Assembly: GCA_905234655.1 (NCBI GenBank)
Contig: CAJOJG010000008.1
Span: forward strand, 2,205-66,204
Length of the DNA: 64,000 nucleotides
Reading direction: 5' to 3'
From: an uncultured Bacteroidales bacterium
Lineage (GTDB): Bacteria > Bacteroidota > Bacteroidia > Bacteroidales > UBA3824
Below are positions 37,001 to 46,547 of the stretch, one piece after another (positions within the stretch are counted from its first letter, which is position 1; every line of letters begins with the position of its first letter). The position numbers and the translations under genes were made by a program. The notes beneath the pieces were generated by a model, which saw nothing but the letters and a program-made list of their open reading frames with translations, was not told where the DNA came from and searched no databases.

Positions 37001-37924
37001 TTACTTCAAAAAGCGATAATGGACAGTGAACGCCGTGGTAAAATATGTGTCGTTATAGCCCGAGTTGCCGCGTTTGGAGCCGGTAGTGGCGCTGGACGCG
37101 CCGGGGACGCTGCCCCTGCGGTCGGCGAAGATGGTGGTCATCTCGCTCGGCGGGGTGATGTCGGGGAAGTCGTTGTAGTTGAAGTAATAGGACGAGCAGT
37201 CGTCGATGTAGTCCGTGGTCGTGAAATGCTGGACAAACTCGATGCCGAGGGAGACGTCGCGTGTCACCTGGTACTTAAAGCCAACGCCGACAGGGATGCT
37301 GATGGCTGTGAGTTTGTACTGGTCGGCGGCGGCGACTACGTACTCGTTGCCACCTTCGGAGACAGAGAACTCAACGCCAGTGCCTTGTCCTTCGGTGCAC
37401 AACGGCTGAAGTTCGTACCAATGTCCTTCGTACTTGCCCATCGGGTTGAAGTGGAGCAGCGAGAGGCCGACGGTGAAATATCCCGACCATTTTTTCCAAA
37501 AGTTGCCTTCGGAGCTGTACCTCGGGATTTCCTTCTCGCGCAGGAAGTAGTAGTCCATGCCGATGCCGAACTCCGCAAGGTTGCTTTTGAAATTAAGGTT
37601 ACGGGCGCGGCGAGCCGGATTGGTGGCGTTTGCGTCGTCAGCCGCGACTTTAGAGAACGTGAAGGTGAACTTTGCGCCAAGGCGGTCCGCCAGCCTATAT
37701 TTATAGCCCAACATCGTCGAAATCTTGAAGAATCCCGGGTCTAAGTCCTTGAAGTTGAAGAAATGGCCGCCATTCTCGTCGCCGCCGCCAAGGTCGCCCA
37801 TGAATATATTGCCGCCGATGCCCGCGACAACAGAGTGCCGAGCGTTTTTCCATGCCTGTTGAGCGTCCGCCGCACCGGCAAACGCCAGCGCATACACTAT
37901 TATTAATAGGAGTATGTTTTTCAT
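37001..37924 (-). CDS. Outer-membrane beta-barrel protein, DUF6089-like (paralog 1)
   Basis: FMGDLGG, RNLNFKS, HFNP, LQPLCTEGQG, IPVGVGFKY, TDYIDD, RGN...NDTY; position downstream of NAD kinase is typical in Bacteroidota. Confidence 0.75.
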   Translation of the reverse strand: MKNILLLIIVYALAFAGAADAQQAWKNARHSVVAGIGGNIFMGDLGGGDENGGHFFNFKDLDPGFFKISTMLGYKYRLADRLGAKFTFTFSKVAADDANATNPARRARNLNFKSNLAEFGIGMDYYFLREKEIPRYSSEGNFWKKWSGYFTVGLSLLHFNPMGKYEGHWYELQPLCTEGQGTGVEFSVSEGGNEYVVAAADQYKLTAISIPVGVGFKYQVTRDVSLGIEFVQHFTTTDYIDDCSSYYFNYNDFPDITPPSEMTTIFADRRGSVPGASSATTGSKRGNSGYNDTYFTTAFTVHYRFLK

Positions 37925-37977
37925 AACAATGTTTTTTTATATTAACGAATTAAAATATGGTTTTATTTTGGATGTGG

Positions 37978-38026
37978 GTGGAGACGTTTCATGAAACGTC
38001 TCTACAAACGAAACGTCTCTACAAAC
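37978..38026. repeat. REP-like palindrome (GTAG-type) with partial tandem duplication
   Basis: GTGGAGACGTTTCATGAAACGTCTCTAC (28-bp palindrome, 1 mismatch); GAAACGTCTCTACAAAC repeated at 37993 and 38010. Confidence 0.75.
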
Positions 38027-38050
38027 ATCCATACAAACAATATACCATGT

Positions 38051-38932
38051 CTAATTTCTCTTGTCGACACCCCACAGCAATTTATTTCGCAGGGTGGAGA
38101 AAAAGCTTGTGTTGGAAAGGCGGAGGAGTTTGAGTTTTTTTGTGGATTTCTTGATTGTGAGTTCTTCCTCAAAGGGTAGGCACGCCTGCCGGTAGTCCAA
38201 GGAGACGAGGAAGTTGTTTTCGCGGCCGTCGGCTTTTATTCTCAGGACGTTATCGTCACTGATGACCATCGGGCGCACGGACAGCGTGTGTGGCGATACG
38301 GGCGTCAAGACAAAATTGCCACTGCCGGGCAGGATTATCGGCCCGCCCGCGCTGAGCGAATAGGCGGTGCTGCCGGTGGGCGTGGCTATTATAAGGCCGT
38401 CCGCCCAATATGTGTTCAAGTATTCGTCGTTAAGGAATACCTTGATGCTTATCATGGAACTTGTGTTGACCCTCATGATAGTCAACTCGTTAAGGGCAAT
38501 GTTAAGATTGCCGAACCGCTCGGAGGAGCTTGCGGTCTCGATGAGAGTGCGCGACTCTATGTTGGTCTTGCCTTCGAGGATTTCTGTCAAAGAGTCCTGT
38601 AATGTGTTTTCGGACACGTATGTCAGGAATCCGAGCCTGCCACTGTTAATGCCGACGACAGGAATGTCCGCCAAGACTGCGTATGGCACGCTCTCGAGCA
38701 GTGTGCCGTCGCCGCCGATGCTGATAAGCAGGTCGAGGTCGTGCGGCATCTTGAAGCTGTTGATGAATGTGCCGGTTATCTTGGGCGTGAAGTACAGCGT
38801 CTGTTCGATGCTTTGCAGGAACTGCTCGTAGACGTATATCTCACACCCATTGCGGTTAAGCATCTCGAAAATCTTATAGATGCTTTTATGGAAGTCCGGG
38901 CCAAACTTGCGGCCAAAGATGGCGACTTTCAT
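38051..38932 (-). CDS. nadK: NAD kinase
   Basis: IGGDGTLL, GINSGRLGFL, ALNE, ADGLIIATPTGSTAYSLSAGGP, LRNKLLWG. Confidence 0.96.
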   Translation of the reverse strand: MKVAIFGRKFGPDFHKSIYKIFEMLNRNGCEIYVYEQFLQSIEQTLYFTPKITGTFINSFKMPHDLDLLISIGGDGTLLESVPYAVLADIPVVGINSGRLGFLTYVSENTLQDSLTEILEGKTNIESRTLIETASSSERFGNLNIALNELTIMRVNTSSMISIKVFLNDEYLNTYWADGLIIATPTGSTAYSLSAGGPIILPGSGNFVLTPVSPHTLSVRPMVISDDNVLRIKADGRENNFLVSLDYRQACLPFEEELTIKKSTKKLKLLRLSNTSFFSTLRNKLLWGVDKRN

Positions 38933-38934
38933 GC

Positions 38935-39321
38935 TCACTTGTCGAACTTTGCGACCGGAATCAGGTTAAAAGGCATGTTGATAATCTGGCTGAACTCCTC
39001 GCCAAGCCCCTGCATGTCCTCGTCGATTTCTTTGTAATACCAGTTTATGATGACGACGCTCTTGTCCTGGAGGCCTTGGAGGAGCAGGAGAATCTGTATG
39101 AGCTGTTTGCTCGACGCGGTGTTGAAGTATTCGAGCTTCATGTTGAATACGGTCTGCGGGTTGGGCGACTTGCAGTAGTCGGAGACCCACTGTAGTATCG
39201 GAGAGTAGAACTCCACCGCGTCCTCCGGCAGCGACATCCGCGCCAAAGAAAGTGTCCCTTTCCCGGCGTTAAGGCTGACCTCCGGCGTGTCTACTGTTGC
39301 TGTTATTTCGTATGGTTCCAT
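38935..39321 (-). CDS. siaC: SiaC-family regulatory phosphoprotein (DUF1987)
   Basis: TPEV, SLPEDAVEFYSPI, LEYFNTASSK, INWYY...DEDM...GEEF. Confidence 0.85.
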   Translation of the reverse strand: MEPYEITATVDTPEVSLNAGKGTLSLARMSLPEDAVEFYSPILQWVSDYCKSPNPQTVFNMKLEYFNTASSKQLIQILLLLQGLQDKSVVIINWYYKEIDEDMQGLGEEFSQIINMPFNLIPVAKFDK

Positions 39322-39351
39322 TTGTAAGCAGTATGTTTTCTCTTGTTATCG

Positions 39352-40461
39352 TTAGTTGACTTTTTTTACTTCGATGTCCACCATGAAGAAGTCCCGTTCC
39401 TCATTGACTTCCACAATCCAATATTCAATCTTTGAGCCCGACTTCCGCCTTATGTCTATGAACCCGAGGCCGGTGGAGACGGGGTCGTTGTTGAAGTTGA
39501 ACAGGATTTTGTTGTATTCCTTGGCGAGTTCCTTCGAGCCCATGGCGTTTATGCGCTCGATGCGCTGCCTTAACGCTGCGGACTTCGACTTGCTGACGTA
39601 GTTGCCCGCCAGGAGCGAGAACTTGTCCTCGTGTTCCTTTATATAGAACACACCGGCCTTCCACTTGCTGTTTTCGTAGATGTTGTCGGCATGTTTGACG
39701 ATGTTCTGCAAGAGCTCGACCATGACTCCGTACAACTTTATGCGTGTCGTGGTCTCGTCCATGCCGCTCTTCAATATCGACAGCAGCGACAGCAGGTTTT
39801 CCTGGTCAAAGTCGCCCTTGAACGAGAGCGTGTAGTTATTCTCGTTGAAGTTCTCATGGACATCAATCAAATCCTGGATTGTGTAGGGCACGTCGTCGGC
39901 GGCATCCGTGTCGCTGGAGGTGTTAATCTCTGTGGTGAGGTAGAAATATGAATGGGTTTCGTCGACTGGCTTTATGAGGTAGTCAAGCTTGTTACCGGAG
40001 CGTTTGGCCATCTCGATAAGTCCAAGGCTCGCGCCGCCGTCTTCGTTAAATCCAGTGGTCGTGCGGATGTCGCGGCTGAGTTCCTTAAGCCCGTCGGCGT
40101 CGAGGTGGTTGATGGTCTCGAGTTTTTCACGGAGCGCGGCCTCCGCAGAACGTTTCATCAGGTTGCCGGTGGCGATGATGTACTTGTGGCGTTTCTTGTA
40201 TATCACCACAATCGCCGAATTGTCGGGCGATTCGGTGGACACAGCCTGGTGCGCGGTGATGTTTTGAAGCCCCTCGCCCATGATGTAGTATATCCTCGAA
40301 CGCATCTTACGTGTGTCGTCGGCCTTGGCAAGGTTGGACTTCGCCAATTCGAGTATGTTCATGACGAGGTGCGCGGTTACTTCACCACGGTACACGTACT
40401 CCAAATCGTCTTTCGCGATGTCGCGAAAGTGATTGTATATGAACTCAAGCGCCTGATTCAT
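39352..40461 (-). CDS. siaB: SiaB-family protein kinase with two tandem SiaB domains
   Basis: Two copies of the pattern Y/F.G...(E.LQNI..H)...GN...(GLGL/FI...R.SG.K..Y): MGEGLQNITAH/ASLGLIEMAKRSGNKL and MVELLQNIVKH/TGLGFIDIRRKSGSKI. Confidence 0.8.
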   Translation of the reverse strand: MNQALEFIYNHFRDIAKDDLEYVYRGEVTAHLVMNILELAKSNLAKADDTRKMRSRIYYIMGEGLQNITAHQAVSTESPDNSAIVVIYKKRHKYIIATGNLMKRSAEAALREKLETINHLDADGLKELSRDIRTTTGFNEDGGASLGLIEMAKRSGNKLDYLIKPVDETHSYFYLTTEINTSSDTDAADDVPYTIQDLIDVHENFNENNYTLSFKGDFDQENLLSLLSILKSGMDETTTRIKLYGVMVELLQNIVKHADNIYENSKWKAGVFYIKEHEDKFSLLAGNYVSKSKSAALRQRIERINAMGSKELAKEYNKILFNFNNDPVSTGLGFIDIRRKSGSKIEYWIVEVNEERDFFMVDIEVKKVN

Positions 40462-40555
40462 TCTGTTTTACATTGTCGTTATCTGTTACTAATATAAATC
40501 GCCGCCCCTTAGCCTGTGATGCAAAAATCTTGCCACCACGCCACTCCGGGAGCCG

Positions 40556-40876
40556 CTAAGCGTCAGCCGCCGACCCAAAATCAATCGGAATCGTACCGCC
40601 GCCCGCGCCGTCAGTGTTCTTTATGCGGCCGAACCTTTGCTCGTACTTCGACACATTGTCCTGCAACGCCATCAGCAGCCTTTTGGCATGTTCCGGCGCA
40701 AGGATTATGCGGCTGTTGACCTTTGGCCTCCTCATGCCAGGCAGCGCGCCGATGAAGTCCACGATGAACTCCGACGACGAGTGGGTGAGCATGACGAGGT
40801 TGGCGTATGTCCCCTGCGCAACGTCCTCGCTAAGGTCGATGTTAATCTGTCCAGTGTTTGTCTTTTCGTCTTCCAT
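40556..40876 (-). CDS. DUF3467 family protein
   Basis: QINIDLSEDVAQGTYANL..LTHSSSEFIVDF...SRIILAPEHAKRLLMALQDN..KYE..FG.I; start MEDEK; -7 box at 40901-40908. Confidence 0.88.
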   Translation of the reverse strand: MEDEKTNTGQINIDLSEDVAQGTYANLVMLTHSSSEFIVDFIGALPGMRRPKVNSRIILAPEHAKRLLMALQDNVSKYEQRFGRIKNTDGAGGGTIPIDFGSAADA

Positions 40877-40943
40877 GATGTCATCATTTTTTTCCGAGGG
40901 CAAATGTATAAATAAATTTGTAATTTTCCGCAATATTCGCGAA

Positions 40944-43900
40944 TTAATTTTCAATAATCACTTCGCTGCGCGTATTGTCGCCGCTGCATTTGCGGACGAG
41001 GATTTTGGCGTCGATGCGTTCTTCGAGTTCGGGGACGTGGCTGATGATGCCGACCTTGCGGCCTTGCAGGTGAAGTTTTTGCAGCATCGCGAGGACGGAA
41101 TTGAGGCTCTGTTGGTCGAGGGTGCCGAAGCCTTCGTCAATGAAAAGCATCTCGCTGCCGCGCCCGCCCTGCATCATGTCGCTCAGTCCCAACGCCAACG
41201 CCAGCGACACCATGAAACTTTCGCCGCCCGACAATGTTGACACCGGCCGGCGCACGCCCATTTCTAAATCGTCAACCAAAATCGCCAGCGAATCGCCGCC
41301 GCAACACAGGCGGTATTTCCTTGTCAGGCCGGTGAGCCGCTTGTCGGCATTGTGAAGAAGAATCCTCAACGTATGTGTCTGTGCGAGGTTTCTAAGGCGT
41401 TTGCCGTCGCTACTGCCAACGGCGTTGTAGAGCGAGAGCCAGTCGTCGTAATCCTTCTGACGCGCGGCGCGGTCGGCAACCATCTTGTCGTATGCAGCCT
41501 TGGCGTTTTTGAGGTGCTCGATTTTGGAACGCGCCTCGCCAATGCGGGATTTGGCGGCATCGTTTTCGGCTTTGCAGGCGGCGAGGGCGGCGGTGAGGTT
41601 TTCGACGGTCTCTGTGGCGGCGTCCGTTGATGCTGACGACAATTTCGCCTGAGTTTCAGCGATTTGGGCGGCGAGCATCTTGGATTTTTCAAGCAACGAG
41701 GCAAAGATATTTGGCAACTGCGGCAGCGCGACGGTGGCGGTGTGCGGCAGCGGGGAAGCGTCGGGGAACGTCTTTTGCAATTCGCTGACGGCGGCGCAAC
41801 CGTCCAAAATCCGCTGCAAATTTTCGCCGTTTTGGGTCAGGGATTCCAACTTTTTGCCCAGTTCGACGAACTTTTTGGCGGCGAGGTCGCTGTCGGTTTT
41901 GATGTTTTTGAGGACGGCGGTGTCGGTGGCTGTCAATGTCGGGAAAAACTTTTGCAACGACTTCACCAAATTGCTGCGTGTCAAGGCGTTGGACTCGATG
42001 TTGGCGGCGATGTCGGCGAGATTTGCATTCCTGACCGCCAACGCGCTTTCGGTCTTCGATTTGGATTCTTTTGACGAAATGAAGGCGCGGTTTTTCAAGT
42101 CGAAATCGGCGCGGGCAACGTCAAAAAGTTTTTTTAATTGTTGATACTGAGCGTCGAGTGTGTTGGCGCGAAGTTGCATTTCGGCGAGGGCGGCATTGAC
42201 GGCTTCAACCAATTCCGCCTCGTCAAGCCCCGAAAAATCACAGCTCAACTCGCCGCCAAAATATTTGTAAGCCTTCGCCTTGCGTTCCAACGAGTGCTGA
42301 AGGTCGCCTTCGGCTTTTGGAATGTCGGTATTGAGAAGGCGGGCAATCTGCGTATCGCGCTCTTTTGCAGCACCTTGCAACTTTGCGAGACGCTGACGGA
42401 CGGCATCGGTTTCGGCTTTTTTGGCGTCAAGGTTTTCTTTGGCGGATTTCAATACCGCGTCCAATGCCGCCGACGACTGCGACGCATACGGATGCACAAG
42501 GCTTCCGCACAGCGGACACGGCTCATTGTCAACGAGTTGCAGACGAAGTTGCTTGAGGTTGGCGGACGCGGCGAGTAGTTGCTTGTTGTAACTGTCGCTG
42601 AGGGCGTTGTATTCGATTTCGAGACGGCTGGCATCGGCTGAAAGGCTGATTATCAACGAATTGTCGGTAGCGTTGGCGTCCTGCAAATTTTTTAGTTGCA
42701 GATGAAGATTTTCGACGGTCGTACTGCCGCGCCTGATGCCGTCAAAAACGTCTTTCAACATTCCGACGCTGCCGCTGAGTTTGGAATGTCGGGATTTCAA
42801 CGCCGTCAAGCCGTCAATGTCAAAATCGTTGTATTGTTTATCGTTGGTTTTCAGCACGTTGTCGGCAATGGCGAGGGCAGATTCGGCGGCGGTACATTGT
42901 GTTGACATCTGCGAAAATTGCCCTTTGAGTTTTTCGATTTCGGATTTAGTCGCGGCGGATTTTTGGTCAAGGATTTCGGATTTTTGGATGCCGTCGATGA
43001 GCGCGTCGATTTGGGAATCAACGGTCTGGATATTGTCGTAAAGTGGCTTATTTTCAGCGTTTTGGTCGTATTCTTGACGGCAATTTTCGATGTCGGCGGC
43101 ATTGTCGCGGATTTGGGTCTTCAACGATTCCAATAGCGAAAGGCCACGGCAAAATTCAGCGGACGTTGCGGCGAGATCCGACTGGCGTTTTGCCAAAGTT
43201 TCCTGCAATTCGACGACGCGCCTTTTGGCTTCGAGGCGGGCGGTGGCGGCGGCAAGTTTTGCGTCGGAAGTGGCGGATTCGGCGGTGAGTTTTGCGAGAT
43301 TTTCATGTGCGGCGTTGATGTCGTCGTCGGCAACAACTTCCTGATTGGCAATGTTTTGCGTCAGGGCGTTGAGTTCAGCCTTCACCGCAGAAAATTTTTC
43401 AAAAACGCGCTTGGAAATCTTCTCGTAAATGTCGGTGTTGGTGAGCATCTGCAAGATTGCGGACTTTTCGTCGCGGGTGGCAAAGAGGAACTTTGAAAAC
43501 TGGTTTTGCGCCAACATCACCGACCTGATGAACCGATTGAAATCGTAGCCGGTGAGCTGTGGCATCCATTTGGCAAATTCAGTTTTCTTTTCCGTAACAA
43601 TCTCAGTTACACCGTTTTTGTTTCTTTGGCTAAGACTTACATTGTACTCATCCAGTTTGCCATTGGACTTCTTGCGCTTTGCAGACCATTCGGCGATATA
43701 TATATTGCCGTTGTCAGCCAAAAATTCCACCTTCGCCGACGCATCTGACGCGCCTTTGCGGATAATGTTTCGGGCATCTGCGGTCTTGATATTATCGTCA
43801 TTTTCAAAATCCTCGTCCTTCAAGTCGCTGAACCTCGGTGTTTTGCCATAAAAAGCCAGGCAAATTGCGTCAGTGATGGTGGATTTGCCCGCGCCAGTGT

Positions 43901-44009
43901 CGCCGCAAATCAAAAACAACGGCGAATCCACCAACGGCGGCACGGTGAAATCTATCACCGCCTCGGGCAACGACGCAAGGTTTTTTATGCTGATTTTCAG
44001 TATCTTCAT
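40944..44009 (-). CDS. sbcC: SbcC (Rad50-like SMC ATPase)
   Basis: Walker A GDTGAGKS, Q-loop LAQNQF, coiled coils, Zn hook CPLCGS, signature LSGGE, Walker B LFIDEGFGTLD, ISH. Confidence 0.93.
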   Translation of the reverse strand: MKILKISIKNLASLPEAVIDFTVPPLVDSPLFLICGDTGAGKSTITDAICLAFYGKTPRFSDLKDEDFENDDNIKTADARNIIRKGASDASAKVEFLADNGNIYIAEWSAKRKKSNGKLDEYNVSLSQRNKNGVTEIVTEKKTEFAKWMPQLTGYDFNRFIRSVMLAQNQFSKFLFATRDEKSAILQMLTNTDIYEKISKRVFEKFSAVKAELNALTQNIANQEVVADDDINAAHENLAKLTAESATSDAKLAAATARLEAKRRVVELQETLAKRQSDLAATSAEFCRGLSLLESLKTQIRDNAADIENCRQEYDQNAENKPLYDNIQTVDSQIDALIDGIQKSEILDQKSAATKSEIEKLKGQFSQMSTQCTAAESALAIADNVLKTNDKQYNDFDIDGLTALKSRHSKLSGSVGMLKDVFDGIRRGSTTVENLHLQLKNLQDANATDNSLIISLSADASRLEIEYNALSDSYNKQLLAASANLKQLRLQLVDNEPCPLCGSLVHPYASQSSAALDAVLKSAKENLDAKKAETDAVRQRLAKLQGAAKERDTQIARLLNTDIPKAEGDLQHSLERKAKAYKYFGGELSCDFSGLDEAELVEAVNAALAEMQLRANTLDAQYQQLKKLFDVARADFDLKNRAFISSKESKSKTESALAVRNANLADIAANIESNALTRSNLVKSLQKFFPTLTATDTAVLKNIKTDSDLAAKKFVELGKKLESLTQNGENLQRILDGCAAVSELQKTFPDASPLPHTATVALPQLPNIFASLLEKSKMLAAQIAETQAKLSSASTDAATETVENLTAALAACKAENDAAKSRIGEARSKIEHLKNAKAAYDKMVADRAARQKDYDDWLSLYNAVGSSDGKRLRNLAQTHTLRILLHNADKRLTGLTRKYRLCCGGDSLAILVDDLEMGVRRPVSTLSGGESFMVSLALALGLSDMMQGGRGSEMLFIDEGFGTLDQQSLNSVLAMLQKLHLQGRKVGIISHVPELEERIDAKILVRKCSGDNTRSEVIIEN

Positions 44010-44078
44010 AGTTCACAAAAATTATTTTTGGGGTACCGCCTGACGGCGGTTTTTCGTACCATAAATTTAAAGTTTTTC

Positions 44079-44194
44079 TATCCAAAAATTAAAAGAATTG
44101 GGAAAGAATTAAAAGAATTTATTTCTTGATTATCCCCAAAATTTCTGGAAAGTATTTCTTTTAATTCTTTAAAAATTCTTTTAATTTTGGGATA
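44079..44194. repeat. AT-rich periodic 41-bp imperfect inverted repeat between sbcD and sbcC
   Basis: TATCCAAAAATTAAAAGAATTGGGAAAGAATTAAAAGAATT versus ATTTCTTTTAATTCTTTAAAAATTCTTTTAATTTTGGGATA (5 mismatches); unit AATTAAAAG. Confidence 0.75.
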
Positions 44195-44197
44195 AAT

Positions 44198-45409
44198 TCA
44201 TACAGTGATTTCGTCGATTATTGAGCGCAACATTTGGGCGTGGCGGTCGGTGAGAGGCGTGTTCATGCGGGCGCGGTAGATGTCGGCGATGACGGTCATC
44301 GGGTCCATCGCCTGCAACTGTTCCACCGACATCGGGGCATCGTCGCCAATGACGCTCGCACCCGAAATGCCCACGAGTTGGAAGCCGCAGAATTTTGCCT
44401 TTTTGTTTTTTAGCAATTCGTTGATAATCCGCGCCTTGACTTCGGGGCTGCGAAATTCGGGCTTCAATGCGACTTCGATGAACATTTCCTCGTCGTCGGG
44501 CAACTGTTGCAACGCGGCGGCGACCGTTTCGAGGTCTGAAAGGCGGTCGGGAACGCGGCGAAGTTTTACGACGTGCGAAAGTTCAACGGTGTGGATTTCA
44601 GAGAGTTGGCAGCCGTCAAAATCAACAATCGTCAGCGAATTGTGGTATTCCTTTTCGGAAAAAGACATCGGAATCGGCGAACCCGAATACCAAATATTTT
44701 CGCGGTCGCCCGCCCGCTGACGGCGATGGATATGCCCAAGCGCGATGTACGAGTAATCGTCGGGAAAGTCCTGTGGGTCAATGTTTTCGAGGCCGCCAAC
44801 AGCGTCGTCGCGCGTGGCTACAACGGTGGTTTCAACGCCCTTGCTGTACGTCGCGCCGATGGTGGTAAGATGCCCCACGCCAATTATCGGGATGTTTCGC
44901 CCGCCGCGCACTTTGACTGCGGCATCAAGCATCCGCCGATAAAACTCTGACACAGAGGGATTTTCGCCGCCCATCGACATCACGTCGCCACGCCTCAGAT
45001 ACGGCACGGCACACACAATGGCATCGTCAAAATCAAATATCATCTTCTCAAAATCAATCCCGTCATCATTACGAGCAACGCCGCCCACGACCTCGACGTT
45101 GAAATAATGCAAAATTTCCTTTGGCGCGTTGAGGTACGACTGCGAATCGTGGTTGCCCGAAGTAATCACGATTTTGAGCTTTGGAAACTTTGTGTGCAAG
45201 GTTTCGATGAGGTTGTAATACATATTAGCGGCAGCGTTGGACGGCGTGGCACTGTCGAACACGTCGCCCGCAACTATCATCAAATCAGGGGATTCGACTT
45301 CGATTGCATCGATTAATCTTTTGAAAAACACTTCCCACTCGCCAGTGCGGTCGTAGCCGGCGAGGGACTTTCCGATGTGCCAATCGGCGGTGTGTAGAAG
45401 GCGGAACAT
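44198..45409 (-). CDS. sbcD: SbcD (Mre11-like nuclease)
   Basis: HTADWHIG, AGDVFD, SGNHDS, GH, YIALGHIH, YSGSPIPMSFSE. Confidence 0.95.
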   Translation of the reverse strand: MFRLLHTADWHIGKSLAGYDRTGEWEVFFKRLIDAIEVESPDLMIVAGDVFDSATPSNAAANMYYNLIETLHTKFPKLKIVITSGNHDSQSYLNAPKEILHYFNVEVVGGVARNDDGIDFEKMIFDFDDAIVCAVPYLRRGDVMSMGGENPSVSEFYRRMLDAAVKVRGGRNIPIIGVGHLTTIGATYSKGVETTVVATRDDAVGGLENIDPQDFPDDYSYIALGHIHRRQRAGDRENIWYSGSPIPMSFSEKEYHNSLTIVDFDGCQLSEIHTVELSHVVKLRRVPDRLSDLETVAAALQQLPDDEEMFIEVALKPEFRSPEVKARIINELLKNKKAKFCGFQLVGISGASVIGDDAPMSVEQLQAMDPMTVIADIYRARMNTPLTDRHAQMLRSIIDEITV

Positions 45410-45413
45410 AAGG

Positions 45414-46481
45414 CTAATTGTTATCGTGTGAATATGGACTCAAATTAATAAACAAGTTTTTCAAAACTTCTCTGTCAGCGTCGCCAAACTCGCGGAATAC
45501 GTATTCCAATAGTTCCTCTTGACGTGGCTGACCGAGGGTAAGACGGTAGAGCGAGAGAATTATCGACCGAAGAAGCATATATTTTACGAACTCTACCGCA
45601 ATGTTGTGCGCCCAATACATATCGCCGTGCGCACGGTAAAGGCAGACGGCGGGCGAACCCAACACCATATAACTCAGCACGTCGGCAAGGTCGGCGGGCT
45701 GCCGTCCCAACTTTACATTGTTGTAATACACCATATTGCGCAACGTATTATTGTCAGGGTACAGTCCATAATTAACATTGTCAAGCAATTGAGGTGCAGC
45801 CCAATACCAATCCACATCTTGAATTTCCCATGACGAGAAAATCAATGTTTTTGAAAATCCCTCGCTTCCCCGATACACACCGCCAAATTTCTGCATAAAA
45901 GACAGAATGTACGGCGCACTCTTTACGAAATCTACCGTAAATTTTGCCTTGACTTCGGTCTTGTTGATCAATCCGATTGTCTCACGATATGAATTGATGT
46001 CGTTTTCGTTGATTTCCAAGTATTTAGTTTTGGACGAATCGTCGATATAATCAGTGGAATCCATCACCGAAATGCGCTCTGTGCGGCACATGCATATGGA
46101 ATGGATAGGCAGCGGGTGCTCGACGGTGGTTTCAGTCTTGGTCTGCGCGTCCTTGACGGTCTCGAGATATTTTTTGGTCTGGTCCATGTATATCGCGCCG
46201 AGGTACGAGCGGAAACGCATTATCTCGCCCTCTTCCAACGCCTTTTGGACTTCAATATGCACAAGCTGGTGCTTGCCGCTGCGGGTGAGGATTGTGGCGG
46301 AAAAATCCAACTTGAACATCTTCTTGCCGTCGGGCAGCATCGCCGAATATTCGTTGTTGTTCATCTGGATTGACACCACCTTGGTCTTCAAGATGTTGCC
46401 TATCAACACCTTGGCAACCTTCTCGTCCTGCATCAGGTACTTGAACACGGTGTCGTATATGGGGTTTACAACTTGTGCCAT
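45414..46481 (-). pseudogene. Chimeric ORF: Rpn/PD-(D/E)XK-like N-terminus fused in frame to discontinuous fragments of a large helicase-like protein
   Basis: aa 1-129 NPIYDTVFKYLM...LDFSATI...HIEVQK...MRFRSYLG...LPIHSI; then MCRTER, KSAPYILSFM, SKTLIFSSW, LGSPAVC, LYRLTLGQPRQEELL...INLSP. Confidence 0.55.
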
Positions 46482-46547
46482 CTTCTTCGTCTTTTTTGAG
46501 ATTGTCTCGGCAAAGATAACGGATTATTGGCAAATTGCAAAAAAATC

